Positions 59,477-64,000 of a stretch of 64,000 bases of DNA are shown piece by piece. The stretch covers positions 2,112,001 through 2,176,000 of the forward strand of contig CAXXDV010000001.1 in NCBI GenBank assembly GCA_963674745.2, given 5' to 3'. Position 1 is the first letter of the stretch. Each line of letters opens with the position of its first letter. The notes below the pieces were generated by a model, which made no database searches, was not told the DNA's origin, and was given only the letters and a program-made list of their open reading frames with translations. The DNA comes from Desulfosudaceae bacterium. GTDB lineage: Bacteria > Desulfobacterota > Desulfobacteria > Desulfobacterales > Desulfosudaceae. The translations under genes and the position numbers were made by a program.

Positions 59477-60493
59477 CTATAGGGCATATGCTTCATCCGG
59501 CAAGGTCTCCCCGATGGCCAGCCGGCAAAGGTCTGATATCATGTAGTTGGCCAGACCGTTTTCTACGGCCGGTTTGCCCAGGGCATCCAGGCACAGGGGG
59601 CAGAGGTAGATCATGGCCTCGGCCTCAAAGGCTTTGGCGTCCTTGATGTTGTCTGCTTTAAAGGCCGGGAATTTATCCCCCCGCTTCTGAATGCCGCCCA
59701 TGTCCTGGCCGCAGCACATGGCGTTGTCCCGGTCATATTGGCGGGAAACCCGTTTCACGCCGATCAGGTCAAAAATTTCATCCAGCAACGGCTCTTTCCA
59801 GGGTGTCAGACGTGAAGCGCATGGACGCTGGTAGGCCACCTTCATGTTAAGCGGTTTGATGTCTGCCTTGCGGACGATCAACTGATCTCTTAGATATTCA
59901 AACAGATGAATCGGCTTAAACGGCAGTTCCAGACCGTAACGGGCAACAGCGTCCGTCATAACGGTATAGCAGTCGTCGTGTGCGAAAATGATTTCTTTTG
60001 CCTCAAGCCGGGCATAGTTGTCGATCAGCGGCTGAAGCCGTTCACGCATTAAAGAATCATTACCCATGTGGGGATAGATGAGATTGCAGAAAAAATGGGT
60101 GCCTTTAAGCGGTGTCAATTCATCGAACAGCGCTCCGGAAAAGGCCCAGGGGATAGACGTGTAAATCGTACATAAAGAAAGCGCCTGTTTGCCGGTGGCA
60201 GGAGGGGAAAATGGTTTTTTGGGGGAAAACATATGCTGGGCCATTGTCAGCAGGTCGGGATTGACATAATCGCCTTTTTCTTCCAGACGCTCCAGGATAA
60301 GATCAAACGGTCGGGCGTCGTTGGGGCAGTATTCATTGCAGGCGAAACAGGTGATGCATTTATTCAGCCAGGAAACCGGCTCTCCGTTAACCAGTTTTTT
60401 CCATTCCGCGGCACTGGTCCCCGGTTCATAGTCGATATACAGGCACCGATCACGGCACAATCCGCACAGGACACATTTTTCACGGTCAAACAT
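59477..60493 (-). CDS. Fe-S binding protein with 4Fe-4S motifs and a CCG-type domain
   Basis: CVLCGLCRDRC, CITCFACNEYCP, YQRPC, MCCG, CPLC. Confidence 0.88.
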   Translation of the reverse strand: MFDREKCVLCGLCRDRCLYIDYEPGTSAAEWKKLVNGEPVSWLNKCITCFACNEYCPNDARPFDLILERLEEKGDYVNPDLLTMAQHMFSPKKPFSPPATGKQALSLCTIYTSIPWAFSGALFDELTPLKGTHFFCNLIYPHMGNDSLMRERLQPLIDNYARLEAKEIIFAHDDCYTVMTDAVARYGLELPFKPIHLFEYLRDQLIVRKADIKPLNMKVAYQRPCASRLTPWKEPLLDEIFDLIGVKRVSRQYDRDNAMCCGQDMGGIQKRGDKFPAFKADNIKDAKAFEAEAMIYLCPLCLDALGKPAVENGLANYMISDLCRLAIGETLPDEAYAL

Positions 60494-60831
60494 AAGCCCT
60501 CCTTTATTGATGATGTTCTAAACAGCCCGATTACAGACACGGTTTTTTGCTTTTAAGCCGGAACCGGTCCATTCATTCATTAAGACGCGTGCCCCTTGAA
60601 AGGTGAACCGGGTCCGTGATTTTCGTTTGCCGTTCTGATTTTAATGTTACGCGACAGGCGTTGCAATACTTTCGTGCCTTTCGGCGCTGTCTGAACAGGT
60701 TTTTGAATAACCGGGTTAAAGGTTTTACGTTTAACTTTTAATTTAGTATCGATTTGTATTATTATCAATAAGTACTCATAACTCGAAAAGCGGAAAAACA
60801 TGACGCAAAACCCGATTTAAGGATTTTTTGT

Positions 60832-60875
60832 TTGACATGGGGACAGTGGTTTTATATTATTGTCGACAATCGACA
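60832..60875 (+). promoter_or_regulatory. Sigma70 promoter TTGACA-N17-TATTAT with an overlapping palindrome ATTGTCGACAAT(CGACA)
   Basis: -35 at 60832-60837, -10 at 60855-60860, perfect 12-bp palindrome at 60859-60870. Confidence 0.7.
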
Positions 60876-60918
60876 GCGGGAGTTTAAAAGAACACTTTCA
60901 TTATTGAAGGAGAATTAA

Positions 60919-62223
60919 ATGAGTGGTGCCAGTAAGCAGAAGTATGACGTCATTGTAGCAGGGACCGGGCCCGGAGGGGCGACTGTCGCCAGAGAAATGG
61001 CCTTGGCCGGAAAATCCGTTTTAATGCTGGAGCGTGGCGGATACCCCAGTCTGCGCGGCGTGTTCTGGCAATATGCCTTATACCAGTGTTTCCCGTTTAA
61101 AAGCATGTTGTTTAACAGCCAGCTGGTGGGCATGGTCAGGGGGTTGATAACCGGCGGCAGTTCTGTATTTTATTATGGCACATGCTTTGATATCCCCTTT
61201 GAAATGTTAAAGTCATACGGCATCGATGTCAGCCAGGAGGCTGAAGAGGTAAAGCAGGACGTACCCATCGGTCCGCTGTCTGACGAGGTCATGGGCGCCA
61301 AGGCCAAATTGATCATGAAAAGCGCCCAGGAACTGGGGTATGACTGGAAAAAGCTGAATAAATTCATGTTTCAGGACCGCTGGGACCGGAGTACACAGAA
61401 ATTCGGTAATTTTTATTACGGCGACCCCAATGATGTGAAATGGAGCGCCCGCATATTTGTTGATGATGCCGTAAAAAACGGTGCAGAACTGATTAACAAT
61501 GCCCCGGTCAAGGAGGTCATATTCAAAGACGGGCGAGCAACCGGTGTCCGTTACACTCAGGGCGGCAGTGTGCATGAAGCATATGCTGAAAACGTGGTTG
61601 TCAGCGCCGGCGGTATCGGTTCCCCGATGATTTTAAGACAGAGCGGGCTGAATGAAGCCGGATATGATTTCTTTTTCGACCCCTTGATATCCGTGGCCGG
61701 TTATGTGGAAGGCGCCAAAGACGAGAACGAAATCCCCATGTCGTCCGGGACCCATTTTCATAAAGAAGGGTTTGTGATGACCGATATGGCCCTGCCGCCC
61801 ATGTTGAATACCATTTTCGCCTGCTCCGGTTTTCGGCCGCACCGGGCGTTTTCCCATAAAAACGTGGTCCGCATCATGGTCAAGGTCAGAGATGACCTGG
61901 CCGGCAAGTTGACCAACGGGGAGGGTATTCGTAAACGGATGAGCAAGGGGGATAAGGCAAAGCTAAACATGGGGTATGGACATGCCCGTAAGATCCTGGA
62001 GAATCTCGGTGCAACCGGTATTCACAAAACCTGGGCGCTGGCGGCCCATCCCGGTGGGACCGTTAAAATCGGCGAAATGCTTGATGCCGACCTGAGAGCC
62101 AAAGGATATGATAACCTGTATGTCTGTGACTGCTCGGTTATTCCGGAGCCCTGGGGCCTGCCGCCGACATACACCATTCTTTCTTTGGGAAAACGTCTGG
62201 GAAAACTTCTTATCAATCAGTAA
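60919..62223 (+). CDS. GMC family FAD-dependent oxidoreductase
   Basis: GTGPGG, LERG, SAGGIGSP, HPGGT, NLYVCDCSVIP...PP. Confidence 0.9.
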   Translation: MSGASKQKYDVIVAGTGPGGATVAREMALAGKSVLMLERGGYPSLRGVFWQYALYQCFPFKSMLFNSQLVGMVRGLITGGSSVFYYGTCFDIPFEMLKSYGIDVSQEAEEVKQDVPIGPLSDEVMGAKAKLIMKSAQELGYDWKKLNKFMFQDRWDRSTQKFGNFYYGDPNDVKWSARIFVDDAVKNGAELINNAPVKEVIFKDGRATGVRYTQGGSVHEAYAENVVVSAGGIGSPMILRQSGLNEAGYDFFFDPLISVAGYVEGAKDENEIPMSSGTHFHKEGFVMTDMALPPMLNTIFACSGFRPHRAFSHKNVVRIMVKVRDDLAGKLTNGEGIRKRMSKGDKAKLNMGYGHARKILENLGATGIHKTWALAAHPGGTVKIGEMLDADLRAKGYDNLYVCDCSVIPEPWGLPPTYTILSLGKRLGKLLINQ

Positions 62224-62242
62224 TGCGTAATTCTCCTCCTCT

Positions 62243-62293
62243 ATCAGCGGCGTCCGGGCCTGAAAAGTGACGGTCGTCGCTGATTTGTTTTTG
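62243..62293 (+). terminator. Probable intrinsic terminator after the GMC gene
   Basis: Stem atcagcggcg/cgtcgctgat followed by ttgtttttg. Confidence 0.55.
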
Positions 62294-62464
62294 TTGCCAA
62301 AAGCTGTTTGATCTGAAACGGCGCTTGTGATACCTGTTGGCAGAACAGCCGATTTAAACGTCCGCGGGTTTTTGTGCCCGAAAAACATGCATTGTCCCTG
62401 AATCGCTCAGCGGAATCAGCAGAACAATGAGACAATAACAGGTTAACGGTAGAGTAAAACCAGA

Positions 62465-64000
62465 ATGAATCAAGAGATATCGGGCGTATCGCCCCACACT
62501 TCCTCACCGGTTGAGCGGTTTTATGCTTTATTGTTGAAATATCCATGGACCGTTCTTTTCTGTCTTTTGGCCGGTATCGCCATACTGGGCTACTGTGCCA
62601 AAAATTTTCAGATCGATGCCTCTTCAGACACCCTGGTGAATGAAAGCGACGCGGACATGCAATACGCCCGCCTGGTGTCATCCCGTTATGCGGTCCAGGA
62701 CTTTTTGCTCATCGCCTATACACCCAAAAAAGACCTGCTTTCAGACGAAGTGCTGTCGGATATCGGCCGTTTAAAAGTTGATCTGGAAGAACTGCCGGGC
62801 GTCGATTCAGTGGTCACGCTGCTGGATGTTCCCATGTTGGAAAGTCCGCCCGTGCCGGTCAAGGACCTGGCCGGTGATCTGCCGACCATTCTGTCTGACC
62901 GGGTGGACCGGGCGATGGCCGGGAAAGAGCTGAGCCACAGCCCCCTGTATCGCAACCTGCTGGTCAGTCCTGATCTGAGTACCACCGCCATCCAGATCAA
63001 CATGTCCATCAATCAGCACTATCGTGATATTGTGGCCCAACGGGATGACCTGGTTGATAAGGGCGCGGCCGAGGGCTTTACCGCGGCTGAAGAAGCCGAA
63101 CGCAATCGCCTGGAAACCGAAATTCTGGCCATGCGCAAGGCGTTCAAGGCGCAGAATGAAAAACTGATCGCCGATATCCGCAGTGTTATGAAAAAATACA
63201 GGGGCGATGCCGATCTGTTTCTGGGCGGCGTTGACATGATCGCCAATGACCTCATCCGGTTCATTAAGAATGATCTGGAGACCTTTGGCCTGGGCGTTTT
63301 CATTTTTCTGGTCTTGGCGCTTGGCATCATTTTCCGTAAAATTCGCTGGGTGGCCATTCCCCTGATGTGCTGTTTTTTTTCCGTTATCGCCATGACCGGT
63401 CTTCTGGGGCTGTTCGGGTGGAAAGTGACGGTCATTTCCTCCAATTTTATTTCCCTGCAGTTGATCCTGACCATGTCCCTTTCCATTCACCTGGTCGTCC
63501 GTTACCGGGAGGAAGAGTCGCGGTATCCGGACCACGAGCACCGGGACCTGGTCATTTTTACCATGCGGGAGAAGCTGGTCCCCTGTCTGTATGCCACGTT
63601 GACAACCATGGCCGGTTTCGGGTCCCTGCTGCTGTGCAATCTCAAGCCGGTCATTACCTTCGGCTGGATGATGGTGGGCGGGCTCATCGTTTCGCTTGTG
63701 TTCACGTTTCTGTTTTTCCCGGCGGCCTTGTCGCTGTTGAAGAAAACCCCGCCGCCGCCCGCTGCCGGAGGTGGGGGCTATATGACAAAAATGACCGCGC
63801 ACCTGACTGAATATCACGGCCGGCTGATTGTAATCGCCAGTGTCATCGCCCTGGCTGTCAGCGTCATTGGCATATCGCGTCTGACCGTGGAAAACGCCTT
63901 TGTCAATTATTTCAAGAAATCAACCGAAATATACCAGGGCATGCGGGTAATTGACCAGAAGTTGGGCGGCACCACGCCGTTTGACGTAACGCTCGATTTT
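62465..64000 (+). CDS. MMPL/RND-superfamily exporter, truncated by the window end (absent from the ORF track)
   Basis: Frame from ATG 62465: '..NFQIDASSDTL..', 'LGGVDMIANDLIRFIKNDL', 'VISSNFISLQLILTMSLSIHL', 'TTMAGFGSL', 'YFKKSTEIYQGM..ID..LGGTTP'. Confidence 0.9.
   Translation, partial: MNQEISGVSPHTSSPVERFYALLLKYPWTVLFCLLAGIAILGYCAKNFQIDASSDTLVNESDADMQYARLVSSRYAVQDFLLIAYTPKKDLLSDEVLSDIGRLKVDLEELPGVDSVVTLLDVPMLESPPVPVKDLAGDLPTILSDRVDRAMAGKELSHSPLYRNLLVSPDLSTTAIQINMSINQHYRDIVAQRDDLVDKGAAEGFTAAEEAERNRLETEILAMRKAFKAQNEKLIADIRSVMKKYRGDADLFLGGVDMIANDLIRFIKNDLETFGLGVFIFLVLALGIIFRKIRWVAIPLMCCFFSVIAMTGLLGLFGWKVTVISSNFISLQLILTMSLSIHLVVRYREEESRYPDHEHRDLVIFTMREKLVPCLYATLTTMAGFGSLLLCNLKPVITFGWMMVGGLIVSLVFTFLFFPAALSLLKKTPPPPAAGGGGYMTKMTAHLTEYHGRLIVIASVIALAVSVIGISRLTVENAFVNYFKKSTEIYQGMRVIDQKLGGTTPFDVTLDF

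Noticed and set aside
62807..63817. 336-aa minus-strand ORF and other long antisense ORFs (e.g. 6917-8083, 15501-16532, 31419-32624)
   Set aside because: They are shadow frames of GC-rich genes with clear homology on the opposite strand.

Overview
A 64-kb chromosomal segment whose gene content and order suggest an anaerobic, Desulfobacterales-like deltaproteobacterium (inference). Positions 1-6447 are a complete integron: a long-form integrase intI (+, 5116-6447), an attI crossover at about 4861, a candidate Pc promoter, and a minus-strand cassette array. The array has 9 complete cassettes, 9 attC sites in two sequence families, and a tenth partial cassette running off the left edge. Two complete cassettes and the partial one lack a credible ORF. 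Two of these three are homologues with a conserved promoter-like architecture, and both complete ones can fold into multi-stem structures, suggesting mobile promoter or ncRNA cassettes. IntI ends in an exact-period 99-nt (33-codon) tandem duplication of its catalytic His/Tyr segment. The rest is mostly housekeeping: a class III adenylate cyclase, polA (split by a 1-nt deletion), rtcB, nrdD/nrdG with paired NrdR boxes, pyrF, the dcw cluster mraZ-ftsZ without ddl, dapL, ClC/USP, a 7TM-DISM chemoreceptor, an acyl-CoA catabolic operon, pfkA, a GMC oxidoreductase and a truncated MMPL gene. Intergenic DNA carries six modular GTAG-type REP/REPIN clusters and dispersed 8-mer tandem-repeat arms, some arranged as inverted pairs. 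No rRNA, tRNA, CRISPR array, reverse transcriptase or transposase was seen. All family assignments come from motif recognition, not database searches.
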